Notes: a model not told the origin generated them from the letters alone. A DNA stretch of 64,000 nt from Parcubacteria group bacterium Greene0416_36 (GCA_007375725.1 VMEV01000004.1:5021-69020), one strand, 5' to 3'. Positions 54,780-64,000 are shown, numbered from the stretch's first letter. Numbers and translations: made by a program.

Positions 54780-57728
54780 TTACTCCACCACCACACTCAC
54801 CGATGGCCCATCAAGGATGGTTTTGTCCTTCATTTGAAGTTTGGTTGTCAGCGTGTACTTCCCTTTTTCAGCAAAGTGCCAGTCGAGAGCCATGAGCGCT
54901 CCTGTTGGGGATGTGATAATGCCTAGGATTTTCTGTCCGCCGAAATCGCGCTCGCCAAATACCTCAACCTTGTCGATTTCCACAAAACGATTGGAAAGCA
55001 AGGTGATTTTGTAGGGAAAAGCAGAGAGCGAAATCAAATCACCAGCTAAAGGCCGCATCCACTGTGCGAGTCCAAAAGCCTTAGTTCTGGATACCTGAAA
55101 AAAAATCGAAGATTTCGCGCTATTTCCAATATCATCCTTAGCTACGGCTTTGGCAGTATAAAAACCATTCGGCAATTCGCCAAGCTGATAAAGGAAATCA
55201 AAGGGGGAAGACTTTACCGTTCCCACTAAATTATCACCGATATAATATTCGACCGACGCAATGGCACGCGATCCTCCGGCTCCAGCGCGGAAAAAAATTT
55301 CATCTTGAGTGATCACGCTTCCCTGCCCTGGAGATAAAATCGAAACAATCGGAAAATTCTCCACGACATGAATATTATCATATTCCGTGGGAATATCTCC
55401 CCACAAAATCTCGAGATCGCGGCAAGATTCCACGACCGTTCCATCCTCGGCCGGAAGGGAAGAACATATTTTCTCCGTCTTGGGCAAAGTCGATGCTTTC
55501 TTGGGATCCGTTACTGGCTCTTTCAATTTGGCTTTTTCCCGTTCCACCCAGCGAGCAATCCCCTGTTCCCACCCAAGATACGCAGAATCTGCTTTAGCTG
55601 GATCCGCAGGCGCTTCGCCTCGAGGATCGTCTTTTTTGAGATAATGCAAAATGGAATGGTGAGTACGGTAAATTTTTTGAATCACCAGTTCCGGCGGAGT
55701 CAGAGGGGTGGCCAATAACCCGCTGACCGAGTCGATATCGATCAATTTATAATCCGGCAGGATTCCACGAAGGATGGGTTTCAATGTTAAAGAAGAAGAT
55801 TTTTCAGAAACTTTGGGGAACTCGCTTGTTTTTTTCCCGGACAAAACACTTTCCATAAACGACTGCCAAATCGGAGCGGCGATCACGCTTCCATCTGCGC
55901 CTTGTTTCATCTTGTCATTGTTATTATTGCCAACCCACACTCCGGCCGCCAATTCCGGAACAAAACCAACGGTCCAAGCATCCCGATTATCATTGGTGGT
56001 TCCCGTTTTAGCGGCGACCACTCGATTTTTGAGGGTCAGGCGGTTATTCATTCCAAACACAAATGATCGGGCCTCGTTGTCAGACATCACGCTGACGAGG
56101 ACACGGACCGGCTCCGGATCCATAGCCTTTTTCTTGACCACGGCAAATTCCTCCAGAAGCTTTCCATTATTGTCTTCCACAGACAAAATCGACCGAGGAA
56201 TAGACCTCACCCCGTCCTGAGCGAAGGCCGTATAAGCTCCTACATGCTCGAGCAAGGTCACTTCGCCGCCGCCCAAAACCAAGGACAAACCAAAACGGCT
56301 TCGGTCTCCCAAGGTTGTATAACCCAGCCTCTCGGCAAAATCCAAAACATTAGAGACGCCCGTCAAATACAGTACTTTCACCGCCGCAATATTGAGCGAC
56401 CCCGCCAAAGCCCGCCGCAGAGTGACCGGACCATATTCTCGGAGATTATAGTTTTTGGGAATATAATCCTTGGTATCGGTTTCAAAAATCGTTTCCACGT
56501 CATATACAATGGTCTCCGGAGTGTAGCCCTTCGAAAAAGCACCCGCATATACAATCGGCTTAAAAGAAGAGCCGGGCTGGCGCGGACGAGTGGACACATT
56601 CACATTTCCATCATGCTCGAGATCAAAATAATCACGGGACCCAACCATGGCTAGGATATCACCAGTGACAGGATCGATGGAGACTAAGGCCGCATTGGTC
56701 GCTCCAAATGAAGAGGCTTTTCCAAAATTTTTTTCAATGGACTCCTCCGCTTTTTTCTGGATATCATAATCCAAAGTAGTCCGAACGCGAAGTCCGCCCT
56801 CTTCCACTAATTTTTCTCCATATTTGTCCGTGAGAAACTCGCGGACAAAAAATACAAAATGAGGCGCTTCGATTTTCTCGATTTTATTTTTAAATTTAAG
56901 TCCATAATCGCGGGCCTCAGAATATTCCAAATCGTCAATATATCCCTGCTCTTTCATCAGGCCAAGTACCAAATTTTTTCTGGCCAGCAGTTCGTCCAAA
57001 TGAGATCCATAAGGCGAAAAATAAGTAGGCCGCTGAATAATAGCAGCGAGTAGCGCGCTCTCAGCCAAAACAAGATCCTTGGCAGGTTTTCCAAAATAAT
57101 AAAGCGATGCGGACTCAATGCCATAAGCCGTGCCGCCATAAGGAATTTCGTTGAAATACATCTGTAATATTTCATCCTTATTGAATTTTCGCTCGATTTG
57201 GACCGTGAGAATCCACTCCCTGATTTTTCGAGAAATTGTTTTTTCCGGACCTAAAATAGCATTCTTGATCAGTTGTTGAGTGAGTCCCGATCCGCCGGCA
57301 CCTCCGCCGCCGCGTCCGGTTATCTTTCCGAATCCATATTGAAATACCGCAAATACCGTTCGGCCAAAAGAAAGCCCCAATTTCTTCTCCAAAAAATCTT
57401 TATCCTCTAGGGCAATCACGGACCAGACAACATGCTTGGGCACCTCTTCCAGCTTGACTATGGTTCTGGAGCGGTCACCATGAATTTCGTAGAGCAAATG
57501 CTCGCCAGTTCGGTCATAAATCTTAGTACTTTCCACCACGCGGCGATCCGCCAGACGGTTAGGATCGGGCAGATCACGGCCAAAATAAATAAACAATCCC
57601 ACTAGAGCAAAAATTCCCAGCGATACAGCAAAAATAATCCCGTAAACGAATACGGACCAAAAATTCGAAGAAAAGGCTAATTTATATTTAGATCCTCTCC
57701 ATTTATTGGGAGAACGTAAAACGGACAT
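54780..57728 (-). CDS. Class A penicillin-binding protein (PBP1A) with C-terminal Ig-like domains
   Basis: Transglycosylase (EDKDF, LTQQLIKN, RKIRE); transpeptidase SSFK, SLN, KTGT. Confidence 0.95.
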   Translation of the reverse strand: MSVLRSPNKWRGSKYKLAFSSNFWSVFVYGIIFAVSLGIFALVGLFIYFGRDLPDPNRLADRRVVESTKIYDRTGEHLLYEIHGDRSRTIVKLEEVPKHVVWSVIALEDKDFLEKKLGLSFGRTVFAVFQYGFGKITGRGGGGAGGSGLTQQLIKNAILGPEKTISRKIREWILTVQIERKFNKDEILQMYFNEIPYGGTAYGIESASLYYFGKPAKDLVLAESALLAAIIQRPTYFSPYGSHLDELLARKNLVLGLMKEQGYIDDLEYSEARDYGLKFKNKIEKIEAPHFVFFVREFLTDKYGEKLVEEGGLRVRTTLDYDIQKKAEESIEKNFGKASSFGATNAALVSIDPVTGDILAMVGSRDYFDLEHDGNVNVSTRPRQPGSSFKPIVYAGAFSKGYTPETIVYDVETIFETDTKDYIPKNYNLREYGPVTLRRALAGSLNIAAVKVLYLTGVSNVLDFAERLGYTTLGDRSRFGLSLVLGGGEVTLLEHVGAYTAFAQDGVRSIPRSILSVEDNNGKLLEEFAVVKKKAMDPEPVRVLVSVMSDNEARSFVFGMNNRLTLKNRVVAAKTGTTNDNRDAWTVGFVPELAAGVWVGNNNNDKMKQGADGSVIAAPIWQSFMESVLSGKKTSEFPKVSEKSSSLTLKPILRGILPDYKLIDIDSVSGLLATPLTPPELVIQKIYRTHHSILHYLKKDDPRGEAPADPAKADSAYLGWEQGIARWVEREKAKLKEPVTDPKKASTLPKTEKICSSLPAEDGTVVESCRDLEILWGDIPTEYDNIHVVENFPIVSILSPGQGSVITQDEIFFRAGAGGSRAIASVEYYIGDNLVGTVKSSPFDFLYQLGELPNGFYTAKAVAKDDIGNSAKSSIFFQVSRTKAFGLAQWMRPLAGDLISLSAFPYKITLLSNRFVEIDKVEVFGERDFGGQKILGIITSPTGALMALDWHFAEKGKYTLTTKLQMKDKTILDGPSVSVVVE

Positions 57729-57731
57729 AAT

Positions 57732-58886
57732 TTATTTTTTTCCAAATTCCTCCCAATGCCTCTGCCAAAGGAGCATCTTGAGAGTATGGTAGCTCTTTTC
57801 GTGGCGGATTTTAACAGATGAAGGGAGGGTTCCCAGAGAACGGGACACTTTGACTAACTCCAAAAGTCCCTTCTCTATTTCATCGGGGTTCCAAGTAATC
57901 GGACAAAAGGGACTGGGCCGCTTGGCCGAACACCACCAAAAGGCACAGCTGGCCAGCCCGCGGTCCAAATGAAATTGGGCCGAATCCAAGTTCGGGTCTT
58001 GGGGATACTTATCCAAAATTTTACACATGACTTGTGCAAAACTCCACAGCTTTTGGTGAAAAATATTTTTCGGATCTTTCCATAATGGAAAAGAATTTTT
58101 TTCTTTGAAATCTTCCGGGGTGGTTTCCCAGCTAGACGGCTGAATTTTTATCTCTCGAGTTTGAAAAGGCGCGCACAAATAACGACCAATAGTCCAGGTG
58201 GATACCCGATCCGAGGATAAAACTTTTTCTAATAAATCTTCATGATCGCGGTGATGGTGGCCGTAAAGCTCGGCATCCGTCGCGCTGATGATATACGGCG
58301 CGATATTATTTTTTTTTAAATCGCCAAGAATGGTAAACGGCACATATGTTTTTGACACCTGACGATTCCGAAAAACGAGAGATAACCCGCTTTTGTGTTT
58401 ATAAAACAAAGCAGGCGATACGGGAGAAGCGGCTGAATATTCATCCAGAATCGCCCATTTATATCCCTTCCGAGCAATGAGATCCAAAACCGTATCATCA
58501 ACCGCCATCTCGGGACAAAAAAATCCCTTGGGGGAATACGAGGCCCCCAAAATACGCCGGTTGATCTCATCATTCAAATCGATTTGGCGAAGGGCTTGCT
58601 TGGCGGGAATCAATGGCAAAATTGGATGATACATGGCCGAAGAAACCCATTCAATCTGTCCTCTCTCGGCTAAAAACCGTAAGCCATCAATAATATCTCC
58701 AAATCCATTTTGGAACAATAGCTCGGTCAAAACTCCGGAGATATTAAACGTAAAATTCCAAGACGGATATTTTTTTGCCAAAGCGATAAGCGGCCGATAA
58801 CATTCATCGGCTACCTTGGCCAAAACCTCCGCATCCTGCGAGGGGGGCTGATAGGCGTGTAAAAAATTGATCCAAATGGTTTTCAT
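57732..58886 (-). CDS. Glycoside hydrolase family 57 protein
   Basis: FLHAYQP, YHPILPL, GFFCPEMA, TDAELYGHH, SSW motifs. Confidence 0.88.
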   Translation of the reverse strand: MKTIWINFLHAYQPPSQDAEVLAKVADECYRPLIALAKKYPSWNFTFNISGVLTELLFQNGFGDIIDGLRFLAERGQIEWVSSAMYHPILPLIPAKQALRQIDLNDEINRRILGASYSPKGFFCPEMAVDDTVLDLIARKGYKWAILDEYSAASPVSPALFYKHKSGLSLVFRNRQVSKTYVPFTILGDLKKNNIAPYIISATDAELYGHHHRDHEDLLEKVLSSDRVSTWTIGRYLCAPFQTREIKIQPSSWETTPEDFKEKNSFPLWKDPKNIFHQKLWSFAQVMCKILDKYPQDPNLDSAQFHLDRGLASCAFWWCSAKRPSPFCPITWNPDEIEKGLLELVKVSRSLGTLPSSVKIRHEKSYHTLKMLLWQRHWEEFGKK

Positions 58887-58889
58887 AAT

Positions 58890-60362
58890 TTATTTTCCAA
58901 TCTTATGATATTCAATGGCTGAATAAAATAATTTCTCATATTTTTTGGCCGGAATCTGCCATGAAAAAGATTCCCTCATGCCGCGGCCCACCAAAGAATT
59001 CCACAGGCTTTTGTCGCCATAAGCCACTAGAGCTCTTCGGATGCTGGAGAGAAAATCCGCCGAATCATAATTATAAAACACAAAACCATTCCCGCTTTGA
59101 TCCTCAGCCCCCATCTCAATGACCGTATCGGCAATGCCTCCCGTGGCTCGGGCGATGGGAACAGAACCATATCGGAGACTGATGAGTTGCCCCAGCCCGC
59201 AGGGCTCAAAACGGGAAGGCATCAAAAACATATCCGAACCCGCGTAGACCTTGGTGACATTGAGGGAATCAAATGCCAGATTCGCCGCCATTTTGGTGGA
59301 GAATTTTTTCATGGCTGAGCGAAGCATTTTCTCATAACGCTCTTCTCCGGCTCCAAAAACCACCAGCTGCAAATTTTCCGAGAGCAATTCTCCTAAAATT
59401 TCAAACAAAAGATCAAATCCCTTTTGTTCGGTTATGCGCGTGGCCATTGCCAAAAGCGGAATATCTCCCGAAACGGGAAGATTCATCATCTTTTGCAATT
59501 CAGCCTTATTTACGGCCTTGCTGCTCCAGTCACTGGAATTATATCGGGCAAAAAGGCCAGGGTCAGTGGCGGGATTATAATGTTCATAATCAATCCCGTT
59601 GAGAATTCCGGACAGACGGTTGCGGCGCCTCGACAGCATGCGGCTCAGTCCTTCTCCGGACTCCTCGGTCAGGATTTCATTGGCATAGGTTTCCGAAACC
59701 GTCGAGAGCGCATCGGCCCAAACAATCGCACGCCGTGCGAAATTAATCCGTTCCACCGCTCTTTTGTCCCCAAAACGTGGAAGTGGAGTGCGGCCCGCAT
59801 CCCGATTTTTTTTGTGAATATTCCACCAATTTTTTCCCATTTGAAAAGTAAGATTATGTATAGTAAAAACCGAGGCGATGGATCGTAATTTGTCGTCACT
59901 CTGTCCCTGGCCATGCAATAAGTAAGGGAGCAGTCCACAATGCCAGTCATTGCAGTGGACAATATCCACGCTCTCTTCCAAAAGCCGAATGAGTTCCAAG
60001 ACCGCGACATCAAAAACAAAAAAACGCTGACTATTATCCGAAGCGTTATAAATCGTGGGCCGAGTGGAAAAAAATTTAGGAACATCAATAAAATAAATCG
60101 TGACTCCCTCAAATTCCGAGACATAATAATCTACAAAAATTTGCTTGTTGCCAGGCAAGATACAAGGATGCTGGAGTTTCCACGAGGTAATAGAAGACGA
60201 TTCTTTATTGATCACGCCATATAAAGGGGTAATAGCAAACGCGCGGTGACCCAAAGCCTGCATGGCCCTAGGAAAGGAACGCCCGAAATCGCCCAGTCCT
60301 CCTGCTTTTGAAAAGGGGTCTATTTCAGGAAAAACACAGGCAATAGTAAGAATCTTTTTCAT
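58890..60362 (-). CDS. glgA: Glycogen/starch synthase (GT5)
   Basis: KAGGLGD, HCNDWH, TIHNL, EQKG, PSRFEPCGL motifs. Confidence 0.95.
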   Translation of the reverse strand: MKKILTIACVFPEIDPFSKAGGLGDFGRSFPRAMQALGHRAFAITPLYGVINKESSSITSWKLQHPCILPGNKQIFVDYYVSEFEGVTIYFIDVPKFFSTRPTIYNASDNSQRFFVFDVAVLELIRLLEESVDIVHCNDWHCGLLPYLLHGQGQSDDKLRSIASVFTIHNLTFQMGKNWWNIHKKNRDAGRTPLPRFGDKRAVERINFARRAIVWADALSTVSETYANEILTEESGEGLSRMLSRRRNRLSGILNGIDYEHYNPATDPGLFARYNSSDWSSKAVNKAELQKMMNLPVSGDIPLLAMATRITEQKGFDLLFEILGELLSENLQLVVFGAGEERYEKMLRSAMKKFSTKMAANLAFDSLNVTKVYAGSDMFLMPSRFEPCGLGQLISLRYGSVPIARATGGIADTVIEMGAEDQSGNGFVFYNYDSADFLSSIRRALVAYGDKSLWNSLVGRGMRESFSWQIPAKKYEKLFYSAIEYHKIGK

Positions 60363-60862
60363 AAGTGACCTAGAGTTGAATCATTAGCGCAACAAATGGC
60401 CGCAGCTAAGGCGTCGGCAGCGTGATTGGGCGAAGGTATCTCCTTAGCCCCGAGCAAAATCTTCACCATAGCCCCTACCTGATCCTTTGACCCCCTTCCA
60501 TACCCGCAGACCGATTGTTTGATCTCGAGGGGAGTATATTCAAAAACCGGCACACTCTGCAAGGAGGCAGACAAAATACACACCCCTCTCGCCTGGCCGA
60601 CCAAAATTGCAGATTTGACATTTTTGCAAAAAAATAAATCTTCGACCGACACACGATCAGGCTGCCATTTTGCGAGACACAGGTTGAGTCCCGTATGGAT
60701 CTCTGAGAGGCGAAGACTAAAATCCTGCCGAGGATCCGTCTCGATACAGCCATACTCCAAAAGAGTATATTGATTGCCGGTATATTCAATCACTCCAAAT
60801 CCCGTATTGGCGAGTCCCGGATCTATCCCCATGACTTTTATTGCCCCTTTTGTATTCAGCAT
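60359..60862 (-). CDS. ruvC: Holliday junction resolvase
   Basis: GIDPG...GFG, VE, QARG, EYTP..IK, AADALA motifs. Confidence 0.96.
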   Translation of the reverse strand: MLNTKGAIKVMGIDPGLANTGFGVIEYTGNQYTLLEYGCIETDPRQDFSLRLSEIHTGLNLCLAKWQPDRVSVEDLFFCKNVKSAILVGQARGVCILSASLQSVPVFEYTPLEIKQSVCGYGRGSKDQVGAMVKILLGAKEIPSPNHAADALAAAICCANDSTLGHL

Positions 60863-60871
60863 GTAAAAGAA

Positions 60872-61618
60872 TCAAGAAAAATCAACATTGATATACAAAT
60901 TGTCGACATCGTCCTCATTGTCCAAAGCCTCCAGCAATGCGCCGAGAGACTGCATCGCCGAAGGAGAAATCGTGATTTTCTCTTTGGCGATATATTCGAT
61001 ATTGAACTCTTTGATCGCGATTTTCTTTCCTTCCAGCGCCGCACGAAAGGAATTCATATCCTCAACCAGAACCGTAATTTTGACATGCGCCGCGCCGTCG
61101 ATCTCTAGGTATTCAATATTTTCCGCTCCGGCACCGATCAAAAACAACTCGCGGTCATCGGCGGACATGGAATCAAAAGCCGAAGTGAGCACCAAAGCAA
61201 CTCCTCGGCGCACAAACATCCATGATACGCTATTGGCCGCCGCCAAATTTCCGCTATTTTTACTCATGATGACCTTGAGATTAGTGAGAGTCCGATTGCG
61301 ATTATCGGTAATGGTCTCGACCAAAATCGCACTGCCTTCGGGTCCAAAAACTTCGTACATGACCCCTTCCATGACCGTTCCGTCATTCAGTTCTCCAGTT
61401 CCCTTCTTGATAGCCTTCTCGATCGTATCTTTGGGCATGCTCATGGCTTTTGCCTTATCGACCGCCATCCTCAATTTGAAATTAGTATCCAAATCTTTGC
61501 CCAATTCTTTGGCGGCCATAGTAATATTGCGGCTGAGTTTGGTGAAGAGCGAACTGCGCTTGGCATCCGCCGCGCCTTTTTTGACTTGTATATTGTGCCA
61601 TTTGGAATGTCCAGACAT
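60872..61618 (-). CDS. yebC: YebC/PmpR family protein
   Basis: MSGHSKWHNI start at 61618, TDNRNRT motif. Confidence 0.95.
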   Translation of the reverse strand: MSGHSKWHNIQVKKGAADAKRSSLFTKLSRNITMAAKELGKDLDTNFKLRMAVDKAKAMSMPKDTIEKAIKKGTGELNDGTVMEGVMYEVFGPEGSAILVETITDNRNRTLTNLKVIMSKNSGNLAAANSVSWMFVRRGVALVLTSAFDSMSADDRELFLIGAGAENIEYLEIDGAAHVKITVLVEDMNSFRAALEGKKIAIKEFNIEYIAKEKITISPSAMQSLGALLEALDNEDDVDNLYINVDFS

Positions 61619-61688
61619 ACAATTGAATCGCTTAATGAATACAAATGAACATACCAAAATTATCAAATTTAGCGTTTTTTTTCAATGG

Positions 61689-61794
61689 TAGAAAGCAACA
61701 AACCCATCCCCAGCCCTTCCCTTAACAAGGAAGGGGGAAACAGCCTCCCACCCCTGATCACAGGAAAGGTTAGAAAAAGATTTGTTGCTTTCTA
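61689..61794. repeat. Variant composite palindromic element with 14-bp terminal IR
   Basis: tagaaagcaacaaa ... tttgttgctttcta. Confidence 0.75.
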
Positions 61795-61829
61795 AAAATA
61801 AAAAAGCAGGTATATTACCTGCTTTCACA

Positions 61830-62021
61830 TCATAAAGCCAAAATTATGAAGTATAACTCTATGATATGCTCGAGAAGAAAAAAAATGCCCGCTGTAAAAA
61901 GCCAGCGGGCAAGGCGGGCACGAATATCATCGCCGTCAAATACTTCGCTGGCAAGTATGACGGCGACAAAAATTAATCTGACCGGAATAGCCAGAAGAAT
62001 TTTCAAAAATTCTATTTTCAT
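61830..62021 (-). CDS. Small hypothetical membrane protein
   Basis: 63 aa with two hydrophobic segments; AGGGAAG upstream. Confidence 0.4.
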   Translation of the reverse strand: MKIEFLKILLAIPVRLIFVAVILASEVFDGDDIRARLARWLFTAGIFFLLEHIIELYFIILAL

Positions 62022-62287
62022 CGGATCTTCCCTTCCCTAAAAATAGAATTTAAAAATCAAAATCCAAGTCAAAGACAGTCTAGAGCAGAAGCCCTAGTAC
62101 CGTCTCTGACTTAGAACCTGATTCCTGGAAATAACGACCACCCTACGCCCCGCCAAAAGGCGGGGCTGCGATCTGGCACGGCAAGCTTTTTATTGTAGAG
62201 AAAACACAAGGTTTTTCAACCGGAGAATAATCCCCATTGTCCCCAAGTTATCCATCACAAAAAATACAGAGCGATCTAACATAAAAA

Positions 62288-62465
62288 AATCCTATCCACT
62301 TTGGGAGAGAGAAAAAAAAGCATGTCTTTCCGAAGAAAGTGCTATTGGCATCCCTAGAATTGGAAATTTCTTAGCGCGAAGCCAAAAAATATCACGATTC
62401 ATAAGGATGTATTGGAACCCGAAAGTCCCAATAAAAAATCTCTCTCCTCCAAACTAAACAGGATT
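62288..62465 (-). ncRNA. Candidate multibranch structured RNA
   Basis: About 24-bp closing stem with G-U pairs on the minus strand, three inner hairpins including C-UUCG-G, trailing U run, upstream promoter. Confidence 0.5.
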
Positions 62466-62508
62466 ATGAATAATGTCAACAAAACACTAAGTACTTAAGG
62501 ATCTTATA

Positions 62509-62537
62509 AGGATATCAGTTCCAATTGTATTTGTCAA
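62509..62537 (-). promoter_or_regulatory. Sigma70-type promoter
   Basis: TTGACA-17 nt-TATCCT on the minus strand. Confidence 0.6.
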
Positions 62538-62589
62538 TAGTACACATACTCTAGGTATTTTGGCCTCATTATTTTATCGAGCTCCATGA

Positions 62590-62633
62590 CAAAACAAGTA
62601 AGGGCACGGTGCACCGTGCCCTTACTTGTTTTG
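62590..62633. repeat. GTAA-type REP with 8-bp inverted flanks, likely dnaN terminator
   Basis: caaaacaa-GTAAGGGCACGGTGCACCGTGCCCTTAC-ttgttttg. Confidence 0.9.
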
Positions 62634-62651
62634 CGCCTGTTTTTATGGATG

Positions 62652-63761
62652 TTATTCCTTAATCGGCATGATCAAGTAAGAGTAATCGAGTGAATTTTCC
62701 GGCCGGAAGATGCCGGCATTTTGACTGTCGATAATCAAAATTTGCACGGACCCAGAGTCCATGACACTTAAGCCATCCAAAAGATAACGGTAGTTGAAAA
62801 TAATTTTATTGGGCTCTCCTTCCACGGGGGTATCAATACTCGAGACATTTTCCCCGATCTGCGAATGAGTGGAGGCAACGGTGATCTTATTTGTCTCTTT
62901 TTCAAAAGTTAGCTCCACATCATTCATTCCTAAACGGCAAAATAAAGACGCGCTTTTGGTGATATTAGCCAATTCAGAAACTGAAACCGTGCTTCGAGTC
63001 CTGAAAGACTGCGGGATAATCTGACGATAATCTGGAAACTGCCCCTCGATCAAACGAGAGACAATTTCAGTTCCCGAAAAAGAAAATAAAATCTGGCTAT
63101 CCCCCATCACGATATCTAAAGTATCGGACTCCAGATTATCCCCCACAGCTCTGACTAGTTCCGTAATGGTTTTAAAAGGCACAATTAAATTCCGTTCAGA
63201 CTCTACATTTTTTTCCAGATGAATGATCTTCTCGGCCAGCCGAAACCCGTCAGTAGCAGCCAAAGTAAGACGATTGGAGGCGAAATCAAAATAAACACCC
63301 GAAATTTCCGGACGAGTATCATCATTGGCCGAAGCAAACAAAACCTGCATCAAGGCTTTTTTGAAACCCAATGCCGCGACCGAGACTACCGACTTTTTTT
63401 CCAACTGAGGGATGAGCGGAAAATCTTCCGCACTCTGCCCGTTGATTTTTGTTTTCTGATTCTTGCATTGAATATGAAGAACATTGTCAATTACTTCCAA
63501 AAAAACCTGATCGGACGGAAGCAAATGAACATAATCGCTGAGCAATTTCGCGTTCACAGTAAAGGCCCCTTCCATTTCGATCCTTCCCCGAACCAAAGAA
63601 TGCATGCCGATTTCCAAGTTAGTGCTGGAAAGTTTTAGAATCCCATTTTCTGTTTTGAGCTGAACGTTATTGAGGATTGGAAGGGTTGTATGTTTAGAAG
63701 CTATATGGGATACGATTCCGAGTGCTTTGGCTAAATTTTCTTGAGTACAGATGAATTTCAT
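62652..63761 (-). CDS. dnaN: DNA polymerase III beta clamp
   Basis: LPIL.N, TNLE, DFP, ATDGFRLA, RLIEG.FPDY, IMP motifs. Confidence 0.98.
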   Translation of the reverse strand: MKFICTQENLAKALGIVSHIASKHTTLPILNNVQLKTENGILKLSSTNLEIGMHSLVRGRIEMEGAFTVNAKLLSDYVHLLPSDQVFLEVIDNVLHIQCKNQKTKINGQSAEDFPLIPQLEKKSVVSVAALGFKKALMQVLFASANDDTRPEISGVYFDFASNRLTLAATDGFRLAEKIIHLEKNVESERNLIVPFKTITELVRAVGDNLESDTLDIVMGDSQILFSFSGTEIVSRLIEGQFPDYRQIIPQSFRTRSTVSVSELANITKSASLFCRLGMNDVELTFEKETNKITVASTHSQIGENVSSIDTPVEGEPNKIIFNYRYLLDGLSVMDSGSVQILIIDSQNAGIFRPENSLDYSYLIMPIKE

Positions 63762-64000
63762 ATACTTTGTTTATTATGTTTTGTATTTCTATATATAGAC
63801 AAATTAACAATATAGAATAATAAGCGTTGTGGAAAAGCGGAAAAGCGATTTTGAGATTGTTTCTATTTGGGTATTTCAAATCGTTCATTGCGGATAAAAG
63901 GTAAGGTATCTTCTGTATGAGTTGGGACAGAGTGGGGACAAAAAAAGAGAGAAGTTTTTGGGTGTCGATAAGTCCGGTTGTTATTCAGATTTTTTCTGGA
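63762..64000. other. Probable replication origin (oriC) upstream of dnaN
   Basis: DnaA box TTTTCCACA (63828-63836), near-matches at 63889-63897 and 63963-63971, followed toward dnaN by ACGC, TAT/TTC trio-like repeats and an AT-rich tract. Confidence 0.7.

Noticed and set aside
3905-61794. Repeats as a possible CRISPR array
   Set aside because: Copies are dispersed, not regularly spaced with unique spacers, and no cas genes are present.

Overview
A 64-kb chromosomal segment that looks like a Patescibacteria (CPR, Parcubacteria-like) genome; taxonomy is inferred from gene content. It uses genetic code 11, since long genes have no in-frame TGA. The window ends at a probable oriC upstream of dnaN. 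Housekeeping genes include clpP, rny, HU, lemA-htpX-clpC, radA, recG, a DEAD-box helicase, polA, a Pif1-WYL helicase, galU, PBP1A, GH57-glgA, ruvC, yebC, dnaN and two tRNA-Ser. Envelope genes include Wzz-like, Wzx flippase, two O-antigen-ligase-like and two GT-C-like genes. Standout features: (1) a tandem array of 15 divergent TrbC/VirB2-like pilin genes (40.5-48.0 kb) with a hicBA toxin-antitoxin pair embedded in it and one separately promoted and terminated member, plus two dispersed pilins with unrelated C-terminal tails; (2) at least four families of short palindromic REP-like elements, several translated inside proteins, with GTA(A/G) copies carrying site-specific perfect inverted flanks; (3) three promoter-led, ORF-free structured regions that are candidate unannotated ncRNAs; (4) 7-nt-period repeats directly before several start codons; (5) an intact single-ORF IS66 (ISBst12-type) with 19-bp IRs and an 8-bp target duplication; (6) an Xre-Panacea/RelE-like TA pair. 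No CRISPR array or rRNA was seen. All family assignments are by eye, with no database searches.
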